32,000 bases of DNA. Origin: Promethearchaeota archaeon (GTDB taxonomy: Archaea; Asgardarchaeota; Lokiarchaeia; Sigyniarchaeales; SOKP01). The stretch spans positions 150,001-182,000 of the forward strand of contig JAUWGH010000003.1 of NCBI GenBank assembly GCA_030606485.1. Reading direction: 5' to 3'. Every line of letters starts with the position of its first letter. The stretch's first letter is position 1. The position numbers were made by a program, and so were the translations under genes. Positions 17,223 through 25,408 of this stretch are shown here, piece after piece. A model generated the notes under the pieces. It had not been told where the DNA came from, made no database searches, and was given only the letters and a program-made list of their open reading frames with translations.

Positions 17223-18107
17223 CTAATTTATTTTCTCTAAAAGGTTTTCCGTATTATTATACAAAATATCTTGCATTTCCTCTTTAGGTATTGGTAGGGT
17301 TAATATTTTATCGATTTCGATTTGAATTGGGGAGGTTATCGGTGCATCTGAGCCAAATAGAAGTCGTTTATGACCGACTGTTCGAATTAAACTTAATATT
17401 GCAAAACTGACTGAACATGAAGTTTCAAAAAAGATATTTTTATATTGTTTTAAGCTTATACCAACATCTATAGCATATTCCATGCAAAATCCAGCATGTC
17501 CAACAATAATTCTTAAATTTGGAAATTGTTTTGCAAGTTTTGCCATATCCCTAGTGGATATTCCGCTAAAAAAGGGTGTTTTGGGAGTGGAGTGAATATA
17601 AAAGATAAAATCTCTGTCATATTCTTGCATAAAAGAAACTAATTTAATTACATCTTTAGGGATTTTTATTGAGTGAATACCGGAATGTATTTTTACGCCA
17701 CAAAACCCTTTTTTAAAATGGTCTTCTAAAATTTTATAATCGGTTTCTTCTTCTTCGGGTCGAATTTTTGGATTGAACCAAAATACTTTATAAAATCTCT
17801 CGGGAGCTTTCTTAGCAATGTCTATAATATCTTGATGATCTAATTGGCCTCCCATTGCAAGACTTTTGCGAAATTCAAGCATCTTCTCGAGTTTTTGTGC
17901 TTCATTTAATTCCTTTGATTCACTATCAGCTATTTTTAAGTGAGCTGTTGGTCTAGCTCTCCTATTAGTTGTTGTGATTAATGCTTTTTCCACTTGAAAT
18001 CTATCCATATATTCAATTATATCCTTGCTAGGTTTCATAAATGTTCCGTAGCTATGGAGGTGTGCATCAAATATTTTAAAAGATGTGGGATTTATCAAAT
18101 AAAACAA
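17223..18107 (-). CDS. TIM-barrel metal-dependent amidohydrolase (Amidohydro_2 / COG2159-like)
   Basis: DAHLH, GVKIH, HS, GHAG and LLFGSDAP metal-ligand motifs. Exact (TTG) start uncertain. Confidence 0.88.
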   Translation of the reverse strand: MFYLINPTSFKIFDAHLHSYGTFMKPSKDIIEYMDRFQVEKALITTTNRRARPTAHLKIADSESKELNEAQKLEKMLEFRKSLAMGGQLDHQDIIDIAKKAPERFYKVFWFNPKIRPEEEETDYKILEDHFKKGFCGVKIHSGIHSIKIPKDVIKLVSFMQEYDRDFIFYIHSTPKTPFFSGISTRDMAKLAKQFPNLRIIVGHAGFCMEYAIDVGISLKQYKNIFFETSCSVSFAILSLIRTVGHKRLLFGSDAPITSPIQIEIDKILTLPIPKEEMQDILYNNTENLLEKIN

Positions 18108-18333
18108 CTTTTTCCTTAGATGGTGTTATTTCTTAAAAATTGTCTATCCTAAAAAATCTATATAATTTTTTGATTTTATTTCTTTTAAGGAAATTAGAAT
18201 GATTTGTATTTCTATGATTTCTGCAATTTGGACAAATCATGATATTTTTTTAAAGAAGGTTATTTAAATAAATCATATAAAAATAATTCAATTTCAAACA
18301 AATAAAATCATATTATTAAAGGAATTGATATTA

Positions 18334-18975
18334 ATGAATGAAAATCTGAATGCGCAAAAAAATTGTCCTGCATGTGGTAAAGAAAATAAATTAGAGTCCA
18401 AATTTTGCAAATTTTGCGGAGTTAATATGGTTACATTTGATTCTCAAACCTTTGAAATATCTCAGACTATGGGATTTAGAAGAAACTGTTTTTCAATTTG
18501 CTGTATAATTTTTATTGGTTTAATATTTTACATTTCTTTAGTGGTATTTCCAAGCTTATTGAACCCTTTTGAAGCAGCTGTTGCGGCAGGTCTTTTAATT
18601 ATACTCCTTGGAGGAGTTAGTTTTCTTTCTTTGTTATATTTTTTATGGGTGTATCGTGGTGCGAGTATCCGTAGAATATTTTCCATTTCACCTAAAGGCA
18701 TTAAAATAGTGGTTCCAAGAAAACCGATTTTTGAAATCAATTGGTCTGAATTCGATTTAATTCATTTGCATAAATTTTCTATTCCTCACAATAGGAAATT
18801 ATATAGATTTTACTTCATTTCAAATGATGAAATATATAAAGATTTTCTTATTGAAGGGTCAATACATTTTAGTGGGGCAAATTGTAGAGCAATTGTATCT
18901 CAAATGAAACAATACGCGGCAAAAATGAATAAACAATATATTAGGGGCAAAAGAAGAAAAAAGAAGAAAAATTAA
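18334..18975 (+). CDS. Zinc-ribbon membrane protein (hypothetical)
   Basis: CPACG.EN....KFC.FCG ribbon, then two hydrophobic segments and a beta-rich basic C-terminal domain. ATG 18334 preferred over TTG 18325. Confidence 0.75.
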   Translation: MNENLNAQKNCPACGKENKLESKFCKFCGVNMVTFDSQTFEISQTMGFRRNCFSICCIIFIGLIFYISLVVFPSLLNPFEAAVAAGLLIILLGGVSFLSLLYFLWVYRGASIRRIFSISPKGIKIVVPRKPIFEINWSEFDLIHLHKFSIPHNRKLYRFYFISNDEIYKDFLIEGSIHFSGANCRAIVSQMKQYAAKMNKQYIRGKRRKKKKN

Positions 18976-19048
18976 GTGATTACTGTTAGAGCAAATTTTA
19001 TTGAAAAAAATTAAAATTAATAATAAAAAATTCAATTTAGAGTTTATT

Positions 19049-21079
19049 TTATCCTAGGTATTCTATTTCAGCTTGGAGACGAATATCTCTGGATGAACTT
19101 CCAATTAGAATTTTAAATATTCCCTTCTCTGCTTTCCAGCAGTTGTTTATCTCGTCAAAAAAAGAAAGATCTCTCTTTTCTAATTTAAATATGACGGTCT
19201 TTTTTTCACCTGGCTCCAGTTTAATTTTCTTAAACACTTTTAGTTCTTTTAACGGTCTATCTACACTGCATTCAATATCTTGAACATATAATTGAGCAAC
19301 CTCTGCTCCAGCACGATCACCTGAGTTAGTAATATCGACTGACACCGTAAATTTATCGTCTTCTGATACCTTTTTTTTATCGATTTTAAGATTATCGTAT
19401 GCGAAAGTGGTATAAGACAAACCATAACCAAAAGAAAAGAGAGGTTTAATATTTTTCGTATCAAAATGGCGATATCCAACAAAGATTCCTTCATCATAAA
19501 AAACCTTTTCATTACCAGGATAAGTTCTTGTTGATACATGCGCTGGCGAATCTGATAATTTCTTAGGAAACGTTATTGGTAATTTTCCTAATGGGTTTAC
19601 ATCTCCAAAAAGAATATCTGCAATAGCGTTTCCTGCTTCCTGCCCTGCATACCAAGCCTCAATAACTGCAGGTATATTTTCTATCCAACCAACCATATTA
19701 ACGGGGCTGCCATTAATGAGAACAACTATTGTTTTATGATTTTCTTGCGCAGTTTTATTAATTAATTCAATTTGTTCTGAAGGAAGATCAAATGAATCCC
19801 GATCAGCATGTTCACTATCCATTCCTTTTTTATGATTAAGTCCGGCAAAAACAATAACTAAATCCGCTTCTGATGGTGAAATTACAATCTCAACCTTGTT
19901 TCTGCATTTATTTTTCAGTCCCTGAAGAGGTGTAATTTCATAAGGAGGTCGAACCTGTGAGCTGCCACCATCCTCTCCCATTTTTTTATCTGCATTTGGT
20001 CCGATTACTGCAATTTTTTTGAGTGTATCAATATTTAAAGGAAGTATATTATTTTTATTTTTAAGAAGAACAATTCCCTCTTCAGCTATTTTGCGAGATA
20101 TAGCTTGATGTTCTGGAGTATTTCTACTGGCCTGTGGGATTGAACTTTCATCATCAATAAAACCAACAAGAAACATTACCCTTAGCAATCTTATTATGTT
20201 CTCATTTAGTGTTTCTTCGGTAATCTTTCCTTCTAATAGAGCTTGTTTTAGCAATTTTTTTTTATATTTTATTTGTACAGGCATCTCGAGAGTTAATCCG
20301 GCGTTTATGCAGCTTTCAGTGCTCGTTGTTTTAGCTGTTGCGATCCAATCTGAAACAACGAAACCTCTAAAACCCCATTCTTCCATTAACTTTTCTTTTA
20401 TTAAATTTTTATGCTCACACCCGTAAATACCATTAACCTTGTTATAGCAGCCCATAAAGGACCATGCATCAGCTTCGCGAACCGTTGCCTCAAAAGCAGG
20501 AAGATAGATCTCTTGAAGAGCTCTTTCACTTACTTCAGAACTGACTGTGAATCTATTCATCTCTTGATTATTACATATATAATGTTTCACACATGCTGCA
20601 ATTTTCTGACTCTGAACACCTTTTACAACGGGAACTGCCATTTTTTTATTAAGATAGGGATCTTCAGTTTGGTATTCAAAATTTCTTCCACAGAGTGGAG
20701 TTCTATGAATATTTACGCCAGGTCCCAGAATCATATGATATCCAATATCTCTTACTTCTTGAGCTACAGCCACTCCGAATTGCTCAGATAACTCCGGGTT
20801 CCAGGTCGCAGCCCTACAAATGGCAGTAGGGAAATAAGTGCATTCTGCATTCTTTGAGCTGTGAGGTCCAATACCATGAGGTCCATCTGTCATTTTGAAA
20901 GATCTTATTCCAAGTCTCCTTATTGGCTTGGTATAAAAACTTCTTTTCCCTGAGCAGAGAGTGAATTTTTCTTTCAGTGTCAATCTTCCTAAAAGATCTT
21001 CTACTCTTTTTTCTAGATCCAGATTGCTATCCATAAAAGGCAGTGTTTTTATCTCATTATTAGAAAGTTTCTCGTTCAT
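19049..21079 (-). CDS. Glycoside hydrolase family 3 (beta-glucosidase/xylosidase type) with FnIII-like C-terminal domain
   Basis: TDGPHG, GRNFEY..EDP, KHY..NNQE, GFVVSDW nucleophile, EGIVLLKN, FGYGLSYTTF and ELK.F. No signal peptide; GAGGA RBS-like site upstream. Confidence 0.95.
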   Translation of the reverse strand: MNEKLSNNEIKTLPFMDSNLDLEKRVEDLLGRLTLKEKFTLCSGKRSFYTKPIRRLGIRSFKMTDGPHGIGPHSSKNAECTYFPTAICRAATWNPELSEQFGVAVAQEVRDIGYHMILGPGVNIHRTPLCGRNFEYQTEDPYLNKKMAVPVVKGVQSQKIAACVKHYICNNQEMNRFTVSSEVSERALQEIYLPAFEATVREADAWSFMGCYNKVNGIYGCEHKNLIKEKLMEEWGFRGFVVSDWIATAKTTSTESCINAGLTLEMPVQIKYKKKLLKQALLEGKITEETLNENIIRLLRVMFLVGFIDDESSIPQASRNTPEHQAISRKIAEEGIVLLKNKNNILPLNIDTLKKIAVIGPNADKKMGEDGGSSQVRPPYEITPLQGLKNKCRNKVEIVISPSEADLVIVFAGLNHKKGMDSEHADRDSFDLPSEQIELINKTAQENHKTIVVLINGSPVNMVGWIENIPAVIEAWYAGQEAGNAIADILFGDVNPLGKLPITFPKKLSDSPAHVSTRTYPGNEKVFYDEGIFVGYRHFDTKNIKPLFSFGYGLSYTTFAYDNLKIDKKKVSEDDKFTVSVDITNSGDRAGAEVAQLYVQDIECSVDRPLKELKVFKKIKLEPGEKKTVIFKLEKRDLSFFDEINNCWKAEKGIFKILIGSSSRDIRLQAEIEYLG

Positions 21080-21282
21080 GTAATTATCCTCAAGTCTTTA
21101 AACATATTAAACTAATAATATAGTAAATTCAATAAAACAAATAAAATATTCTTAAATTCCATCTTTATCTTCGGTTAATCTGGTTTGTTATTATATTGAA
21201 AAAAAGGATTCTTAATAAAAACCCCGAGATTATGGAAATTTCTGAGAAATTTACAAATTTTATTTGATATTAATTATTATAG

Positions 21283-22809
21283 TTGTATAAGAAAATAATA
21301 ATGACTCCGCTTTCAGAAATGACTGAAAATAATATTGAAGATCCATCCAAAGAACATTTTTTGTATTCAATTTTAAATCCGAAAAGTTTATGCTTTTTTG
21401 GTGCGAATAATAATTTACTTAAGACGATGGGCTCATTTCAATTATGGAATATTATTACTGAAGGTTTTAAAGGAAATATATATCCAATTCATCTGAGAGA
21501 AAAGAAAGTTTTAGGATTAAAAGCATATAAATCAGTATTAGACTTACCAGAGATTCCAGATTTGGCTATGATTGTTATATCTACGAGGTATATTCCTAAA
21601 GTAATGGAAGAATGTGGTCAAAAGGGCATAAAGCAATTGATAATAACATCTGGAGGTTTTCGTGAAATTGGTCCCGAGGGGAAGAGGTTTTCTAAACAAA
21701 TAGATGAAATTGCTGGAAAATATAATATAAGGTTTATTGGTCCTAATTGTTTAGGAGTCTATAATGGTTGGTATCAACCAGAAAATGAGAAAACCAAACT
21801 TAATACATTTTGGGTTTATAAATTACCAGAAAGAGGGACAATTTCAATAGCCAGTCAATCCGGTACTGTAGCATCTCATTTATTTTGGTATGCTGAAGAC
21901 ATTGGGACTAAAATAGGTCAATCAATTTCCTTAGGGAATTCAAATAATATTGATATAGTGGATTGTTTAGAATATTTTAAAAGCGACCCTCATACAGACG
22001 TGTTAGGGTTATATATTGAAGAGATAAAGCGTGGTAAAGAGTTTATAAGTATAGCAAAAGAAATAACTCCAAAAAAGCCGATTGTTGCAATTTATGCGGG
22101 TGGGACTGAAGCAGCATTTAGAGCGATAGGCAGTCACACGGGATCAATTGCCGGTAACGATACTATTTATGAAACTGTGTTTAAAGAAACTGGAATTATA
22201 TCAACAACTTCGGTAACAAATTTCTTGCACTATTTAAGAGTGTTATCTCATGGTATCTTTCCCAAAGGGAATAGAATTGGTATTATCTCAGATTCTGGGG
22301 GTGCCAGTGCAATGATGGCAAAATCTACAGAAAGATATGGCTTACAAGTTCCTGAATTTTCGAAAAATTTACAATCTGAAATAAGTAGGGTATTAACTGA
22401 TATCTCCTATCCAAATAATCCTGTAGATTTAACATTTAATTTAAATCAATATAATTTATATATCAAAGTTCCAAAATTACTGATGAAATCTGGAGAAATC
22501 GATGGGATTATGATTTACGGTGCATTTGGTGTTGATGAATTTATTGAAGTTATGGAAAAAGCGGGATTTAACACGGATTTTTTTTCGGAATTGGGAACTT
22601 CCATGTCAGGAGTTTATTTAAAACCAATTCGGAAATTATCTCGTAAATATTCTATTCCTATATTTTACGTAGGACCTCAAGGTTATTCCGACCCTTGGAT
22701 AAGAGAATTTATTGCTTTAGATATGCCAATATTTGATTTATGGGATCTTCCTGCGAAGTGCATGAAAATTCTCTGTCAGTATTCTCAATATCGTAAAAAA
22801 TTAGTTTGA
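21283..22809 (+). CDS. ADP-forming acyl-CoA synthetase (ACD) alpha-type subunit / CoA-binding protein
   Basis: CoA-binding N-domain (YPI, YKSVLDLP..PDLA), SGGF.E, RFIGPNCLG, SQSG, GN..D, phospho-His motif SHTGSIAG, and NNPVDLT. No ATP-grasp domain. Start may be ATG 21301. Confidence 0.9.
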   Translation: MYKKIIMTPLSEMTENNIEDPSKEHFLYSILNPKSLCFFGANNNLLKTMGSFQLWNIITEGFKGNIYPIHLREKKVLGLKAYKSVLDLPEIPDLAMIVISTRYIPKVMEECGQKGIKQLIITSGGFREIGPEGKRFSKQIDEIAGKYNIRFIGPNCLGVYNGWYQPENEKTKLNTFWVYKLPERGTISIASQSGTVASHLFWYAEDIGTKIGQSISLGNSNNIDIVDCLEYFKSDPHTDVLGLYIEEIKRGKEFISIAKEITPKKPIVAIYAGGTEAAFRAIGSHTGSIAGNDTIYETVFKETGIISTTSVTNFLHYLRVLSHGIFPKGNRIGIISDSGGASAMMAKSTERYGLQVPEFSKNLQSEISRVLTDISYPNNPVDLTFNLNQYNLYIKVPKLLMKSGEIDGIMIYGAFGVDEFIEVMEKAGFNTDFFSELGTSMSGVYLKPIRKLSRKYSIPIFYVGPQGYSDPWIREFIALDMPIFDLWDLPAKCMKILCQYSQYRKKLV

Positions 22810-22924
22810 TTTAATTTTCCATTTTATTAACTCGGTTAACAATTGATTGAATCACTAAATTTTTAAATATAAGTTGTATAAAATTATTAATATTAATTTT
22901 AATTATTAACAAATTTGATGAACA

Positions 22925-24718
22925 ATGAGTGATGAAATTAAAGAATATTGGATGGAAAATTGGCCAAAAGAAGTGCCAAGACACGTAGATTATGACGAAA
23001 TTTCATTAGGAGAACTTCTACGAAGGACATCTACTAAATATCCTGATTCAAATGCTATATATTTTGAAGGTTTCCGAATGACATACAAAGAACTTAATGA
23101 GGCAGTTGATAAATACGCAACAGGCTTATCCAAATTAGGTGTTAAGGAAGGTGATGTGGTGCTTATTGATTTGCCAAATATGCCCCAATTCGTGATATGT
23201 TTTTACGCAATTGCTCGTCTTGGTGCTATTGCAAATCCCATAATTCCATTAAATCGTTTTACAGAGATTTTACATCAAGCAAATGATTCTAAAGGAAGAG
23301 TATTGATAATTCTTGATGTACTATTTGAAGAGCATCTACATGGTAAAGATTTAAGCAAAATGGAAAACTTAGAACACATAATTATTACAGGAATAGCTGA
23401 ATATTTGCCAAAATTAAAAGCTAAACTAGGAACTATGTTGGGTAAGGTTCCAAGGATGAAAAATTGGCCTGAACAAATTGGAGATATTAAATGTCATAAA
23501 TTTCAGGACATTTTACAAAATGGTATTCCAATAAATGTACCCGCAGTAAAAATAAATCCAAAGAAGGATATTGGTGTTTTAATTTATACTGGTGGAACTA
23601 CTGGTTTACCTAAAGGAGTAATGTTATCTCATTATAATCTTGTAGTAAATGCAAGGCAAGGACATATATGGGCGATAAAGCAATTACCTGAATTAGAGGA
23701 TACAGTAGGTAAAGGCGGGATGGTTGTCGTTTTACCACTGGCACATCTTTTTGCTTTATCAGTTGCAATGAATTTAGGAATTTTTATGGGATACCAATTA
23801 ATCCTTTTCATACAACCACCGAGGGAAAAGATGTCAAAGATATTAGATATTATCAAAAAAGAAAAAGCTACATTTATCCCGGGAGTCCCGACTGTTTGGA
23901 ACGCAATAAATATAGACCCGAACTCTGGGAACTATAAAAATAAGCTCACCTCATTTATTGCATGTTTGAGTGGGGCAGCACCATTACCTGCTGAAGTTAA
24001 ACATAAATTCGAAGAATTAACAGGTTCTTTGATAATTGAAGGATTCGGTATGAGTGAAACGAGTCCTATATTAACGGTTACCCCTTTTCCTCCGTTATAT
24101 CGAACGAATACAGTCGGATTTCCTGTAAGTGATACATTAATAAAGATTGTTGACGCTGAAACTGGCACTAAAATATTACCTCAATGTCCTCATACTGAGC
24201 CATATTGTACAGAGAAGTGCGGAATTGAAGAATCGGTGAAATATATCGGTGAAATTTGTGGCAATGGTCCACAAGTAATGTTGGGTTATTATAACAGAGA
24301 AGAGGCAACTAAAAATGCACTTCGAAAAGATTCGAAGGATAGGGTATGGTATTTCACTAGCGATATAGGTTGTATAGACGGAGAAGGACACCTACGCATT
24401 AAGGATCGAAAGCGTGATATGATAAAATATAAAGGACATGCTGTTTTCCCAAGAGAAGTAGAGGATATACTCTACATGAATCCCGCTGTGAATGAAGTTG
24501 GAGTTGTTGGCGTTCCAGACCCTGATGTGGGAGAAAATATTAAGGCATTTATATCTTTAAAAGAAGAATATGTAGGCAAGGTTACAAAAGAAGATTTAAT
24601 GAAATGGGTTAAGGAAAATATTTCGGCCTTTAAATATCCAAGAATCATAGAAATTGTAAAAGAATTGCCAAAATCGGTAGTAGGTAAAATTCTCAAAAGA
24701 GAATTAAGAGAAGAATAG
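22925..24718 (+). CDS. AMP-forming long-chain acyl-CoA ligase (paralog 3) with Cys/His-rich insertion
   Basis: YTGGTTGLPKG, FGMSE, TSD, RIKDRKRD and LPKSVVGK. Confidence 0.93.
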   Translation: MSDEIKEYWMENWPKEVPRHVDYDEISLGELLRRTSTKYPDSNAIYFEGFRMTYKELNEAVDKYATGLSKLGVKEGDVVLIDLPNMPQFVICFYAIARLGAIANPIIPLNRFTEILHQANDSKGRVLIILDVLFEEHLHGKDLSKMENLEHIIITGIAEYLPKLKAKLGTMLGKVPRMKNWPEQIGDIKCHKFQDILQNGIPINVPAVKINPKKDIGVLIYTGGTTGLPKGVMLSHYNLVVNARQGHIWAIKQLPELEDTVGKGGMVVVLPLAHLFALSVAMNLGIFMGYQLILFIQPPREKMSKILDIIKKEKATFIPGVPTVWNAINIDPNSGNYKNKLTSFIACLSGAAPLPAEVKHKFEELTGSLIIEGFGMSETSPILTVTPFPPLYRTNTVGFPVSDTLIKIVDAETGTKILPQCPHTEPYCTEKCGIEESVKYIGEICGNGPQVMLGYYNREEATKNALRKDSKDRVWYFTSDIGCIDGEGHLRIKDRKRDMIKYKGHAVFPREVEDILYMNPAVNEVGVVGVPDPDVGENIKAFISLKEEYVGKVTKEDLMKWVKENISAFKYPRIIEIVKELPKSVVGKILKRELREE

Positions 24719-24755
24719 ATTTCTTTAACTTTTTATTTCTTTTTTTTATATTTTT
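24719..24755 (+). terminator. Oligo-T terminator candidate
   Basis: Contains ATTTC-T8-AT (24735..24749). Confidence 0.5.
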
Positions 24756-24995
24756 AATAAGAATGCAAAATAAATAGTGTCTTTCAAAAAATTTTATATT
24801 TTTCATATGTTTGAAGCCATTTATAATTAAGATTAAGTTAAGATAACACATAATGATTGGATAAAATTCATTAAAGAAAAACTCGAATTATTGATGTTCT
24901 ACAATAGTAATTAAACTTAAATTTTCGATAAAACATATCAGTCTTGGAATTTTAACAAAACATATTAATTTTAAATGAAGAGTTATGTTTTATTA

Positions 24996-25009
24996 TTAGA
25001 TATAACTAA
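24996..25009. promoter_or_regulatory. Candidate DtxR-family operator upstream of feoA
   Basis: TTAGATATAACTAA is a 12/14 inverted repeat with TTAG...CTAA ends reminiscent of DtxR/SloR boxes; TTAGATAT recurs at 25031..25038. Confidence 0.3.
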
Positions 25010-25052
25010 AAATTTTAAATACTATAAAATTTAGATATTAAACGGGGATACG

Positions 25053-25292
25053 TTGAATAAAATGATTACTTTAGATCTTTTACAAAATAATAGAGAATTT
25101 ATTGTTCGCAGGGTTCATGCTGGTTGGCGTGCAAAGACGAGATTAGCAAATCTCGGAATAGTACCGGGTACAAAAATAAAAAAACTAAGATCAGCACCTT
25201 TATTTGGTCCTGTTCAAGTTAAAGTGAAAGGGTCTGATTTAGTTATTGGAAGAGGATTAGCTAGAAAAATTTTAGGAGAACTGGTTTCATAA
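25053..25292 (+). CDS. feoA: Ferrous iron transport protein A, TTG start
   Basis: RLANLGIVPG..I......P..GPV.V.VKGS.L.IGRGLA.KI FeoA signature, directly upstream of feoB. Confidence 0.92.
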   Translation: MNKMITLDLLQNNREFIVRRVHAGWRAKTRLANLGIVPGTKIKKLRSAPLFGPVQVKVKGSDLVIGRGLARKILGELVS

Positions 25293-25408
25293 ATTAATGA
25301 GTATGAGATTAATAAAATACTCCATTTTTCCGTATCATATTTAGAATATTAAATTAGTAATTTTTACATAATTTAAGTTAATTTTAGAAAAAAATAACAT
25401 ATGAAAAT

